Origin: Synergistales bacterium 54_24
Lineage (GTDB): Bacteria > Synergistota > Synergistia > Synergistales > Thermosynergistaceae
Assembly: GCA_001508935.1 (NCBI GenBank)
Contig: LGFQ01000001.1
Span: 1,392-65,391 of the forward strand
Length of the DNA: 64,000 nt
Direction: 5' to 3'
In this document: positions 26,599 to 35,410 of the stretch, piece after piece
Numbering within the stretch: the first letter of the stretch is position 1
How the letters are laid out: each line of letters starts with the position of its first letter
Position numbers and translations under genes: made by a program
The notes under the pieces: model-generated
Told to the model about the DNA's origin: nothing
Seen by the model: only the letters and a program-made list of their open reading frames with translations
The model's database searches: none

Positions 26599-28131
26599 AT
26601 GATCAAGCTCTATAGCGCTGAAGCGGCGAGGGCCTGTGACGAGCAGGCCGCAAGTCGCCTCGGTTTTTCTGGTGCGGTGATGATGGAAAATGCCGGAAGG
26701 AACGCGACGGATGTGCTTTTGGATAAATTCCCCGGTATCGACGAGGCGTGCATTCTGGCTGGACCCGGAAATAACGGCGGCGATGGATTCGTAATCGCGC
26801 GCCACCTCCTCATTCGGGGCATACATCCTACCGTTATCTTAGCTTTCCCCAAAGAGCGGTGCAAAGGCGATGCGGCGCTGAATCTCACCGTGGCAAGGCG
26901 ATGCGGAATTCCGATTTTATCCTCTCGCGAGATGTCCGATGAAGAGATAGGCGAGATCGTGTCCAAGTCAGATCTTGTAGTTGACGCCCTGTTAGGCACG
27001 GGAAGTTCCGGACCTCCGAGGGGCGAAGTGGGGCGATTGATACGTCTGTCATCCAAAGCCAGGCGCGTAGCTGCCGTGGACATACCGAGCGGCATAGACG
27101 CATCAACTGGGGCTGTGATGGCCGAGGCGGTGCGGGCAGATCTCACGGTTACCATGCTAATTCCAAAGGTGGGGCTTTTCGTGATGCCGGGGGCGGATTA
27201 CGCAGGCGAGGTGGCAGTGGTAGATATAGGTGTTCCGCTCGAATCCTTGTCACTGCCGGCTGCCGAGGTCAATGCTATAGAAAGGTTCGATATTGCGCGC
27301 ATGCTTCCTCCTCGCCCTATGGGTATGCATAAGGGAGACAGGGGTTGTGTGGCGATAGTCGGCGGTTCATCCGTCTATAAGGGTGCTCCGTTGTTGGCCG
27401 CGCTGGGCGCTCTCAGGGGCGGAGCGGGGATAGTATTGTCGGTGCTCCCGGAGGAAATTTCTACGCCGCTGGCTGTCGCGCTACCGGAAGCCATCATCTT
27501 GCCTGCGCCGTCTCGTGAGGGCGGCTTGGTTCAAGAGGCATGGGACAGCGTTATAGTTCCGTGGTCTAAGAGGATAGACGCTTTAGTCATAGGCCCCGGC
27601 ATAGGACGCGGTGAGGGCGCGATGGCCTTGGTGAGGCGCATCTGGGATGAATGGAGAGGCCCGATGGTGGTCGATGCAGATGCTCTGTATTGCTTAAGTC
27701 AAGCTGAAGAGCTATGTCGCAGAGACAATGTGATACTTACGCCTCATGAGGGCGAGGCTGCGAGATTGTTGGATAGCGATGCGTCATCCGTTGGGAATGC
27801 CCGCCTCGCTGCGGTCAGAGCGCTCGCCGAGCGATACGGGCCTGCGCTGTTGAAGGGACCTCGAACGCTGATCTGCGATGGCCGGCAGACGGCGGTGATC
27901 TTAGAAGGGCATCAGGCGCTATCCGTTCCGGGGTCCGGCGACGTGTTGAGCGGTCTGGTCGGCGCCTTCATGGCAATGAGGCTTTCTCCTTATGAAGCCG
28001 GCGTCGTCGGGGCTCACATCCACGGCAGGGTCGGAAGTATTTTGTACGAAGAGGGCGGATTCGACGGCCACCTGGCCAGGGAGATAGCTGGCCATATCCC
28101 CCAGGCCATTGAGGAGCTGCGCTGTGTATAA
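26599..28131 (+). CDS. nnr: bifunctional NAD(P)H-hydrate repair enzyme (epimerase + ADP-dependent dehydratase)
   Basis: ATG at 26599. YjeF-N domain (AGPGNNGGDGFVIARHL) and YjeF-C kinase-like domain (HKGDRGCVAIVGGS, GSGDVLSG). Confidence 0.9.
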   Translation: MIKLYSAEAARACDEQAASRLGFSGAVMMENAGRNATDVLLDKFPGIDEACILAGPGNNGGDGFVIARHLLIRGIHPTVILAFPKERCKGDAALNLTVARRCGIPILSSREMSDEEIGEIVSKSDLVVDALLGTGSSGPPRGEVGRLIRLSSKARRVAAVDIPSGIDASTGAVMAEAVRADLTVTMLIPKVGLFVMPGADYAGEVAVVDIGVPLESLSLPAAEVNAIERFDIARMLPPRPMGMHKGDRGCVAIVGGSSVYKGAPLLAALGALRGGAGIVLSVLPEEISTPLAVALPEAIILPAPSREGGLVQEAWDSVIVPWSKRIDALVIGPGIGRGEGAMALVRRIWDEWRGPMVVDADALYCLSQAEELCRRDNVILTPHEGEAARLLDSDASSVGNARLAAVRALAERYGPALLKGPRTLICDGRQTAVILEGHQALSVPGSGDVLSGLVGAFMAMRLSPYEAGVVGAHIHGRVGSILYEEGGFDGHLAREIAGHIPQAIEELRCV

Positions 28132-28357
28132 GCGTAGGCACAAGATCGATTGGGATGAGGAATTTAAAAAAACTGCCCGCAGCCATTTGAGGGGCGTCAA
28201 GGCTACAGCTGTGGCGTTTGTGGCTGTGATCCTGTTTTTGGCTGCTGTAAAAGTTACCCATAGAGAGCTTCCCATGGACGGGGTTTTTTTGGCGCTGGGC
28301 GGGCTCGCTGCCGGCACGTTCATACTCATTTTGTTGGGCAGAAGGAGCAGCAAATGA
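28109..28357 (+). CDS. small hypothetical membrane protein
   Basis: 82 aa with two predicted TM helices (AVAFVAVILFLAAV, VFLALGGLAAGTFILILL). The stop overlaps the tsaE start (ATGA) and the 5' end overlaps nnr. No family recognised. Confidence 0.4.
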   Translation: MRSCAVYKRRHKIDWDEEFKKTARSHLRGVKATAVAFVAVILFLAAVKVTHRELPMDGVFLALGGLAAGTFILILLGRRSSK

Positions 28358-28866
28358 TGGCGATAGCCTCTGAAGAGACGACGACTTTCCGATTCATTTC
28401 ACGCTCCGAGGGCGAGACAGTTTTTATAGGCACATGCATCGGCGCAGCGCTGCATCCCGGATTGGCGGTGTTATTGGAGGGAGAGCTCGGCACGGGCAAA
28501 ACGACGCTGGTCCGTGGCATCGCGGAGAGCCTCGGGATTTCGGGCGTGCGGAGCCCGTCTTTTACAATAATAAACGAATACGAAGGCAGAGAACGCGTGG
28601 CCCACGTCGATCTTTTCCGCCTGAGCGCGGATGAAGTGGAAATGCTCGGGCTGGAGGAATATCTCGACAGAGGGTACATTTTACTCGTGGAATGGCCCAT
28701 ACCTGTTCTGAGGGAAGGCCTCTCAGAGTATTGGAATGTGACGATCGATTTTCTCCCACGAGAGGGCGAGTGCGCGAGGGGAATATCGATATGCGCCTGT
28801 GGCGAGAGGGCCCGTGAAGCCCTAAAAGACGCTTGCGAGCGCCTTTACAAGGCGACGAAACGATAA
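28354..28866 (+). CDS. tsaE: tRNA t6A37 biosynthesis ATPase TsaE
   Basis: 170 aa. P-loop LLEGELGTGKTTLVRGIAESLGI, then SPSFTIINEY and HVDLFRL. Confidence 0.85.
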   Translation: MMAIASEETTTFRFISRSEGETVFIGTCIGAALHPGLAVLLEGELGTGKTTLVRGIAESLGISGVRSPSFTIINEYEGRERVAHVDLFRLSADEVEMLGLEEYLDRGYILLVEWPIPVLREGLSEYWNVTIDFLPREGECARGISICACGERAREALKDACERLYKATKR

Positions 28867-29537
28867 TGGCGTTAGTGCTTGGCATAGATTGTTCTACTTT
28901 ATGGACTTGCGTGGGCTGCATTCAGGATGGCTGCCTTTTGGGCGAGATCAATGTGAATCTGGGCAGGAAAGAGGCTTCCTCCCTTCCGTTACTCGTTCAA
29001 GATCTCTTGAGATCAGTCGATAAGTGCTCCTTAGATATAGATTTAATATCCGTCACGACCGGCCCTGGATATTTCACGGGTCTCAGGGTCGGCGTATCCT
29101 ACGCTTGTGCGCTGGCGGAGGGGTTGGGCGTCTCCGTTGTCCCGATCTCGTCACTCGAGGCTATGGTCTTTGATCTTTTGGAGGAAGGAAGCCTCGTAGT
29201 TCCGGTAATTTGGGCCAGGGGGAAATATGTGTACGCCGCGGCTTACACATTGAAGGAAGGAGAGGCGGAGGTTATTATGTCTCCTGCCTCTCTATTGTTT
29301 GATACATTAGAAAAAAACGTGAAAAATATTAATTGTAGTAAAAGAGTCATATGGGTAGGAGATGATTTAGCGAGGTTCCCAGCGCCTGCAATTGGAGAGC
29401 GCCTCTTAAATCGTCACGGGTGCAGGGGGAGTAATGTGGCGTTGATAGGGGAGAAGAGGCGAAGTCTTGCGCTTTCTCCTGACGCTGTGCGTATCTTTTA
29501 CTTGAGAGAACCTCAGATTGGACCGACGAAAGAGTAG
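28866..29537 (+). CDS. tsaB: tRNA t6A37 biosynthesis protein TsaB (YeaZ)
   Basis: The ATG at 28866 overlaps the tsaE stop (TAATG). MALVLGIDCST and ISVTTGPGYFTGLRVGVSYACALAEG are YeaZ-type ASKHA motifs. Confidence 0.8.
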   Translation: MALVLGIDCSTLWTCVGCIQDGCLLGEINVNLGRKEASSLPLLVQDLLRSVDKCSLDIDLISVTTGPGYFTGLRVGVSYACALAEGLGVSVVPISSLEAMVFDLLEEGSLVVPVIWARGKYVYAAAYTLKEGEAEVIMSPASLLFDTLEKNVKNINCSKRVIWVGDDLARFPAPAIGERLLNRHGCRGSNVALIGEKRRSLALSPDAVRIFYLREPQIGPTKE

Positions 29538-29600
29538 TGGCAATTATCGGTATTTATTGAAAAGTTTGCCAAAATTTTATACAAGATCTATCATTGCCGC

Positions 29601-29629
29601 TTGATTTATACATTATCCCGTGGCATAAT
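29601..29629 (+). promoter_or_regulatory. candidate sigma-70 promoter for OFOR operon 2
   Basis: TTGATT (29601-06), 17-nt spacer, then an extended -10 TGgCATAAT (29621-29). It lies in a 135-nt AT-rich gap about 45 nt upstream of the delta-subunit ATG. Confidence 0.45.
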
Positions 29630-29672
29630 GTTGAAGATTGTGATTACATGGGCAAATCTGGCGAGGGGGGAG

Positions 29673-29888
29673 ATGGAAAGCGTGGCGAGGAAGTTTTCTG
29701 TGACCATCAATACTGCCTGGTGCAAGGGGTGTGGCCTCTGTGTTGCGATCTGCCCCAAGTCTGTCTTGGAGCTTAATGAGCACATCAAGGCAGAGCCAGT
29801 GCGAATGGAAGATTGCATAGGATGTCACCAGTGTGACTATTCGTGTCCGGACCTGGCCATCACGGTGACAAAAGAGGGGAGCGATTGA
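29673..29888 (+). CDS. 2-oxoacid:ferredoxin oxidoreductase, delta (ferredoxin) subunit, operon 2
   Basis: ATG at 29673 after GAGGGGGGAG. 71 aa with CKGCGLCVAICP and CIGCHQCDYSCP. Confidence 0.85.
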   Translation: MESVARKFSVTINTAWCKGCGLCVAICPKSVLELNEHIKAEPVRMEDCIGCHQCDYSCPDLAITVTKEGSD

Positions 29889-29891
29889 CAT

Positions 29892-31025
29892 ATGGCTGAG
29901 GTGGCATTTTGGCAAGGCAACAAGGCTATAGCGATGGGAGCCATAGCGGGCGGATGCACGTTTTTTAGCGGCTATCCTATAACTCCGTCTTCGGAGATAG
30001 CCGAGACGTTGGCGGAGGAATTGCCGAAAATCGGCGGTCGGTTCATCCAGATGGAAGACGAAATCGGCGGCATAGCTGCAGCCATAGGAGCGTCCATAGC
30101 CGGTCGCAAAGCCATGACAGCTACATCCGGTCCCGGATTCTCGTTGAAACAGGAAAATTTGGGGTTGGCGTATATGGCCGAGATACCGCTCGTGGTGGTG
30201 GATATCATGCGAGGCGGGCCATCCACAGGACTGCCCACCAGGGTGTCGCAACAAGATGTGATGCAGGCGAGATGGGGGACTCACGGTGATCACGCTACCA
30301 TAGCTTACGCTCCCTCGTCAGTGCAAGAGTGTTTCGAGCTGACAATAGCAGCTTTTAACGCATCCGAGCGCTTCCGTCAGCCCGTTATCATATTGGGCGA
30401 TGAAGTGGTGGGCCACACGAGGGAAAAGATCGTCATCCCGGATGCTGGATCATACCAGGTGGTAAACAGAAAGCGCCCAGCTGTAAATCCGGATGACTTC
30501 GTGCCTTATAAGCCCGATCTGAGTGACGATATTCCGCCGATGGCTTCCTTTGGAGACGGATATCGATGGCACGTAACTGGTCTCACTCATGACGATTGGG
30601 GTTTCCCCACGGACGAGCCGAGCGAGATCGAAACTAAGATAAAGAGACTCGTGCGCAAAGTTAACCGCTTTCGCGAAGATATCGTGCGGTATGAGGTTTT
30701 TTACGGAGAGGACGCAAAGGTATTGATCGTTTCCTACGGCAGCGTGGCACGATCCTCCTTGAGGGCAGTGCGAGAAGCCAGGCAAAAAGGGTTCAAGGTC
30801 GGGCACTTCAGGCCTATAACGCTTTGGCCCTTCCCTGACGAGGAGCTTCAAGGATTGGCGAGTCAAGTCGACGTCGTGATAGTGCCAGAGCTGAACTGCG
30901 GTCAGATGCTCCTCGAAGTCGAAAGGGCCGTAAACGGAAAAGCCCCCGTCGTGGGCAAGAGTTTGGTGAACGGCGAACTCTTCCAGCCCTCAGATATACT
31001 TTCTGCCATCGAGGAGGTGGCTTAG
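29892..31025 (+). CDS. 2-oxoacid:ferredoxin oxidoreductase, alpha subunit, operon 2
   Basis: 377 aa. GNKAIAMGAIAGGCTFFSGYPITPSSEI. Paralogous to 15062-16126. Confidence 0.9.
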   Translation: MAEVAFWQGNKAIAMGAIAGGCTFFSGYPITPSSEIAETLAEELPKIGGRFIQMEDEIGGIAAAIGASIAGRKAMTATSGPGFSLKQENLGLAYMAEIPLVVVDIMRGGPSTGLPTRVSQQDVMQARWGTHGDHATIAYAPSSVQECFELTIAAFNASERFRQPVIILGDEVVGHTREKIVIPDAGSYQVVNRKRPAVNPDDFVPYKPDLSDDIPPMASFGDGYRWHVTGLTHDDWGFPTDEPSEIETKIKRLVRKVNRFREDIVRYEVFYGEDAKVLIVSYGSVARSSLRAVREARQKGFKVGHFRPITLWPFPDEELQGLASQVDVVIVPELNCGQMLLEVERAVNGKAPVVGKSLVNGELFQPSDILSAIEEVA

Positions 31026-31850
31026 ATGCCTTCTAAAGAAGTATTAGACTGGTTGCGCGTGGACTTTTTCCCCCACATCTGGTGCCCAGGCTGTGGGCAT
31101 GGCATCATCATGCATGCGCTGTTGCGCGCCCTGGCGTCGCTCGGTTGCGAGAAGGAAAGGACCGTCATAGCCTCGGGTATCGGATGCTCCAGCCGTATGC
31201 CGGGTTATATAGATGCCTGCACCGTCCATACGACTCATGGGCGCTCTCTCGTGTTCGCCACCGGCATAAAGCTCGCCAATCCCGAACTTACGGTAGTAAA
31301 TGTGATGGGAGATGGCGACTGCGCCGCTATAGGAGGCAATCACTTCATCCATGCGTGCCGCAGAAATATAGACATCACTGCAGTGATCTTAAACAATTCT
31401 ATTTATGGCATGACGGGAGGCCAGGTATCTCCCACGACGCCCATAGGAGCTTATGCCACGACAGCGCCTTATGGCGTCATAGACCCGCCCTTTGACCTGT
31501 GCAATTTGGCCGCTGCCGCAGGGGCTACGTACGTAGCCAGAGCCACGGTGGCGCAACCGCAGCTCATAGAGCAGTACATCAAAAAGGGGATTCAAAACAA
31601 AGGGTTTTCCGTGGTAGAAGTGATGACTCACTGTCATACTCAGTTCGGCCGCAGGAATAAGCTTGCCCGTCCCATAGACAACATAAACCGCTTCAAGCAG
31701 GTGAGCGTCACGAAGGCGAAGGCTGATGCCATGAAGCCGGAGGAATTAGAGGGGAAAATTGTAATAGGTGAAATGATGGACAGGGAGAGGCCCGAATATG
31801 TCGAACAATACCTCAGGCTCATCGAGAGAGCGAGGGGGCAAGTCGCATGA
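31026..31850 (+). CDS. 2-oxoacid:ferredoxin oxidoreductase, beta (TPP) subunit, operon 2
   Basis: 274 aa. WCPGCGHG, GIGCSS and MGDGDCAAIGGNH...NNSIYGMTGGQ. Confidence 0.9.
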   Translation: MPSKEVLDWLRVDFFPHIWCPGCGHGIIMHALLRALASLGCEKERTVIASGIGCSSRMPGYIDACTVHTTHGRSLVFATGIKLANPELTVVNVMGDGDCAAIGGNHFIHACRRNIDITAVILNNSIYGMTGGQVSPTTPIGAYATTAPYGVIDPPFDLCNLAAAAGATYVARATVAQPQLIEQYIKKGIQNKGFSVVEVMTHCHTQFGRRNKLARPIDNINRFKQVSVTKAKADAMKPEELEGKIVIGEMMDRERPEYVEQYLRLIERARGQVA

Positions 31851-32392
31851 ACGAACGTTATGAGATACGCATCGCCGGATCCGGCGGGCAAGGTGTCATC
31901 TTGGCTGCGGTCATCCTCGGAGAGGCAGCTGCCCTTTACGAAGAGGGTCTGAACGTCGTTCAAGCTCAGGCTTATGGACCGGAGGCGCGAGGTGGGGCGT
32001 CGAAATCTGAGGTGGTCATATCGAGAGAGCCTATCGATTATCCGAAAGCGGTTTCGCCGAAGCTCCAAGTCGTTTTAACCCAAGCGGCGTACGATAAATA
32101 CGCCGCGGATACCGCTGCAGATGGGATCCTAATCCTCGATGACTTTTACGTCACTAAGCTACCAGACATAAAGGTCAAAACCCTCCACCTTCCCATAGTT
32201 AGGACGGCTCGCGATGCGATTGGGCGCGAGGTCGTAGCTAATATGGTGGCCTTAGGGGTCATAGGGAAAGTTTTGGAGCAGTGGGGCCTGCTGCATCCCG
32301 AATCCATAAAGAAGGCGTTGTTGGCGCGCGTTCCCAAAGGAACTGAAGAGCTCAACGAAAAGGCTTTCGAGGCCGGCTACGCTTTGTTGTAG
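31847..32392 (+). CDS. 2-oxoacid:ferredoxin oxidoreductase, gamma subunit, operon 2
   Basis: 181 aa. IRIAGSGGQGVILAAVILGEAA...AYGPEARGGASKSEV. ATGA overlap with the beta subunit. Confidence 0.88.
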   Translation: MNERYEIRIAGSGGQGVILAAVILGEAAALYEEGLNVVQAQAYGPEARGGASKSEVVISREPIDYPKAVSPKLQVVLTQAAYDKYAADTAADGILILDDFYVTKLPDIKVKTLHLPIVRTARDAIGREVVANMVALGVIGKVLEQWGLLHPESIKKALLARVPKGTEELNEKAFEAGYALL

Positions 32393-32421
32393 ATTCGAGA
32401 GGCCATAGATTCTCCCCTGAC

Positions 32422-33765
32422 ATGCGCATAAAAGTAGAAAAGATGAACAGCCGAGGGCAGGGCATAGGGAGGATCGATGGCCTCGTAACCTTCGTGGACG
32501 GCGCACTTCCTGGCGAAGAAGTGGAGGCCGAAGTGGCCGTGCGCAAGCGCGATTATGCTGTGGCCAAGGTGGTTTCCGTCTTATCGCCGAGCTCCGAGAG
32601 GAGAAACCCTGCATGCTCGCACTTCGGCTACTGCGGCGGTTGTCAACTACAACATGCCTCGTATGACTGCCAGTTGAGCCTAAAGGCTGAACTGGCGGCA
32701 GATGCCCTGCGAAGAATAGGTGGTTTTCGCTCTCTCCAGATAAAGCCTTGCGTCCCAAGCCCAAAGAGCATAGGCTATCGGAACAAAGCCTCTTTTCCCA
32801 TAAGAAGACAGGGCAAGCGCGGGACGATCGGCCTTTTCCGAGAGGGCAGTCATCGGGTTGTGCCGATAACTTCTTGCCCGGCCGTCGAAAATTTGATTCA
32901 ACGAATGTTCTCTCACTTCCGTTCGCTCATGAGCGAAGATCTGCTTTCAGCGTACGACGAGAGATCTCGCCTCGGGCTTTTGAGGCATCTGGTCGTTAGA
33001 GCAGGTAGCTTTACGGGAGAAACCCTCGTGGCGCTCGTAGTGGCTAAAGAACCCGATGCCGACGAAAGGGCGAAGCTTAAAGCCATCGCCGAGGCGACGG
33101 CTCATGCCTTTCCATCGCTTCGAGGTTTCGTCTTGAACGTAAATCGAAACGAGGGGAACTTCATTTGGGGCGGTAAAAGCCGGACCCTCGTAGGTAAAGA
33201 CGAGCTCACGGAGCATCTGGGCGATTTTTCTTTCATTTTCAGCGCCGCCTCGTTTTTTCAGGTCAACTCCTATCAAGCGCTCAACCTCTATCGATTTGTG
33301 GCCTCCGAGTTGGAGGGTACCGGTGGTGGCAAGGTATTAGAGTTATATAGCGGCGTGGGAAGTTTGACGGCATTCTTGGCCAAAGAAGCCGAAGAGGTAA
33401 CGGCAGTAGAAGAGGATGCCGAGGCGGTTCGTCATATGAGAGGCAACATGGCCCGAAATGGGCTGCGCAACGTTAGGACGCTCTGCGGCAGGGCGGAGGA
33501 TACGGTTCATCTGTGGCGCGATTGGGCACCTCAAACTGTAGTGTTGGATCCACCGCGCTCTGGCTGCCATCCGAAGGTAGTAGCCGGCTTGATCAGTGCG
33601 AGGCCGAGAAAGATAATTTACGTATCGTGCAATGCGGCCACGTTAGCCAGAGACGCAGCTGTTTTATGCGAGCAGGGATATGCCGTAACCTGCGTGCAGC
33701 CTTTTGACATGTTTCCACAGACTGCGCACGTGGAGTGTGTGGCCGTCTTCCTGCGCAACTCGTAA
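32422..33765 (+). CDS. rlmD: 23S rRNA (uracil-C5)-methyltransferase, RumA/RlmD family (TRAM + Fe-S + SAM MTase)
   Basis: 447 aa. TRAM N-terminus (SRGQGIGRIDGLVTFVDGALPGEEV), cluster cysteines CSHFGYCGGCQLQH, FFQVN, LELYSGVGSL, DPPRSG and YVSCNAATLARD. Confidence 0.85.
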   Translation: MRIKVEKMNSRGQGIGRIDGLVTFVDGALPGEEVEAEVAVRKRDYAVAKVVSVLSPSSERRNPACSHFGYCGGCQLQHASYDCQLSLKAELAADALRRIGGFRSLQIKPCVPSPKSIGYRNKASFPIRRQGKRGTIGLFREGSHRVVPITSCPAVENLIQRMFSHFRSLMSEDLLSAYDERSRLGLLRHLVVRAGSFTGETLVALVVAKEPDADERAKLKAIAEATAHAFPSLRGFVLNVNRNEGNFIWGGKSRTLVGKDELTEHLGDFSFIFSAASFFQVNSYQALNLYRFVASELEGTGGGKVLELYSGVGSLTAFLAKEAEEVTAVEEDAEAVRHMRGNMARNGLRNVRTLCGRAEDTVHLWRDWAPQTVVLDPPRSGCHPKVVAGLISARPRKIIYVSCNAATLARDAAVLCEQGYAVTCVQPFDMFPQTAHVECVAVFLRNS

Positions 33766-33766
33766 G

Positions 33767-33795
33767 TTGCGCAATGACTGATATGCTGGTATAAT
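33767..33795 (+). promoter_or_regulatory. pyr operon promoter
   Basis: TTGCGC (33767-72), 17-nt spacer, then an extended -10 TGgTATAAT (33787-95), immediately after the rlmD stop. Confidence 0.6.
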
Positions 33796-33874
33796 CCGCC
33801 TAAAGTTGTAGGGGGAGATTTGTTCGTCATGTTGAGTAGAAGGATTAAATTAAGTCTTGTTCTTGGTTTCAAGA

Positions 33875-33911
33875 GGCTGAACCGCTTTTAGGCGGTTCGG
33901 CCATTTTTTTT
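33875..33911 (+). terminator. pyr leader attenuator terminator (PyrR-controlled type)
   Basis: GGCTGAACCGC-ttttag-GCGGTTCGGCC forms an 11-bp stem followed by a T8 run, about 25 nt upstream of the pyrR start. The 5' arm is preceded by UUUCAAGAGGCUGAAC, which resembles the PyrR-binding loop consensus (..CCAGAGAGGCU..). Confidence 0.75.
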
Positions 33912-33935
33912 GCCGTCAAAAAAGGAGGGAAGCAT

Positions 33936-34481
33936 TTGATAAAGAAGATATTGATGACGGCGGAGGAGATGGACAGAACAATAAGCCGCATAGCCTATGA
34001 GGTGGCGGAACACCTCAAGGGCCTCGGTGACGTTGTAATAGTCGGCGTGCAGAGGCGCGGCGTGAGCCTTGCCGAAAGGCTGCAGAAAGGCTTTCGCGAC
34101 ATGGATGGCGTTGAAGTGCCAATGGGAGAGCTCGACATCACTTTGTATCGCGACGATTTGACGCTCCTTCAAGATCAACCTCTGGTTCGAAGCACCTCAG
34201 TTCCCGTAAATATCACCGGAAAACGCATACTCCTGGTGGACGACGTTATATTCACTGGCAGGACGGTGAGGGCAGCGCTCGATGCGCTGATGGACTTAGG
34301 GCGTCCTTCGTTAGTACAGTTGGCCGTTTTGGTAGACCGAAACAATAGGGAATTGCCCATACATCCCGATTACGTGGGGCTAAAGGTTTCGACCGACAAA
34401 AGCGACGTCGTCGAAGTTAGGGTAAAAGAATGGGATGGCGATGACCAGGTGGTCCTGTGGGAAGATGGTGGTGAAGGATAA
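33936..34481 (+). CDS. pyrR: bifunctional pyr operon attenuation regulator / uracil phosphoribosyltransferase
   Basis: TTG start after AAAGGAGGG. 181 aa. ISRIAYEVAEH, IVGVQRRGV, DITLYRDD and LLVDDVIFTGRTVRAALDAL. Confidence 0.92.
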   Translation: MIKKILMTAEEMDRTISRIAYEVAEHLKGLGDVVIVGVQRRGVSLAERLQKGFRDMDGVEVPMGELDITLYRDDLTLLQDQPLVRSTSVPVNITGKRILLVDDVIFTGRTVRAALDALMDLGRPSLVQLAVLVDRNNRELPIHPDYVGLKVSTDKSDVVEVRVKEWDGDDQVVLWEDGGEG

Positions 34482-35410
34482 TGTCGTGGAGACGCAAGCA
34501 TCTCATCGATGTGGACGATTGGGAGAGGGAGGATTTCGAGCTCCTCTTAGAGCAGACGTCGAATATGGATTCGATCCTCGATCGCTCTATAAAGAAGGCC
34601 CCAGCGCTCAGAGGCAAGATAGTAGTCAACATATTCTACGAGCCGTCTACGCGGACGCGCACCTCCTTTGAGATAGCCGGCAAACTCTTGAGCGCTGACG
34701 TCATAAACTGGACCGCTTCAGGTTCCAGCGCGGCCAAGGGCGAGTCGCTTCGCGATACGATATGGACGCTTGAGGCGATGGGCGCAGATGCCGTTGTCAT
34801 TCGACACGGCGAAGTCGGTGTGCCGTACTATTTGGCAGAAAAACTAAAAAAAGCCTCCGTCATAAACGGCGGCGATGGGACTCATGCCCATCCCACTCAG
34901 GCGTTGCTCGATCTGTATACAGCTTGGAGGGAACTCGGATCTTTAGATGGCAAAAAGGTGGCCATAGTAGGAGATATCTTGCACAGCCGAGTTGCCAGAA
35001 GCGACATATACGCCTTTAAAGCGGTGGGAGCCGAGGTATATTTGTCGGGCCCTTCTACGCTCATGCCGACGGATATAAATTCGCTTAATGCAATGTATGA
35101 ACCGAATATAGCCGAGGCGATCGAGGGAGCGGATATCGTTTACATGCTCCGCATCCAAAGAGAGCGCCAGGATGCCGGATTGTTCCCGTCGCTGGACGAA
35201 TACCACAGGCGCTACGGCCTTACAGACAAGCTTTTAGGGAAAGCCAAAAAGGGAGCGCTAGTGATGCACCCAGGACCCATAAACAGAGGCGTCGAAATCG
35301 CCTCCTCTGTGGCGGATGGACCTCAGAGCTTCGTATTGAAGCAAGTGAGAGCTGGCGTAGCTGTCAGAATGGCGTTGCTTTATCTAATGCTTGGAGGGGT
35401 GAAAGAATGA
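34481..35410 (+). CDS. pyrB: aspartate carbamoyltransferase catalytic subunit
   Basis: 309 aa. FYEPSTRTRTSFE, HPTQALLD and VMHPGPINRGVEI. Confidence 0.95.
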   Translation: MSWRRKHLIDVDDWEREDFELLLEQTSNMDSILDRSIKKAPALRGKIVVNIFYEPSTRTRTSFEIAGKLLSADVINWTASGSSAAKGESLRDTIWTLEAMGADAVVIRHGEVGVPYYLAEKLKKASVINGGDGTHAHPTQALLDLYTAWRELGSLDGKKVAIVGDILHSRVARSDIYAFKAVGAEVYLSGPSTLMPTDINSLNAMYEPNIAEAIEGADIVYMLRIQRERQDAGLFPSLDEYHRRYGLTDKLLGKAKKGALVMHPGPINRGVEIASSVADGPQSFVLKQVRAGVAVRMALLYLMLGGVKE

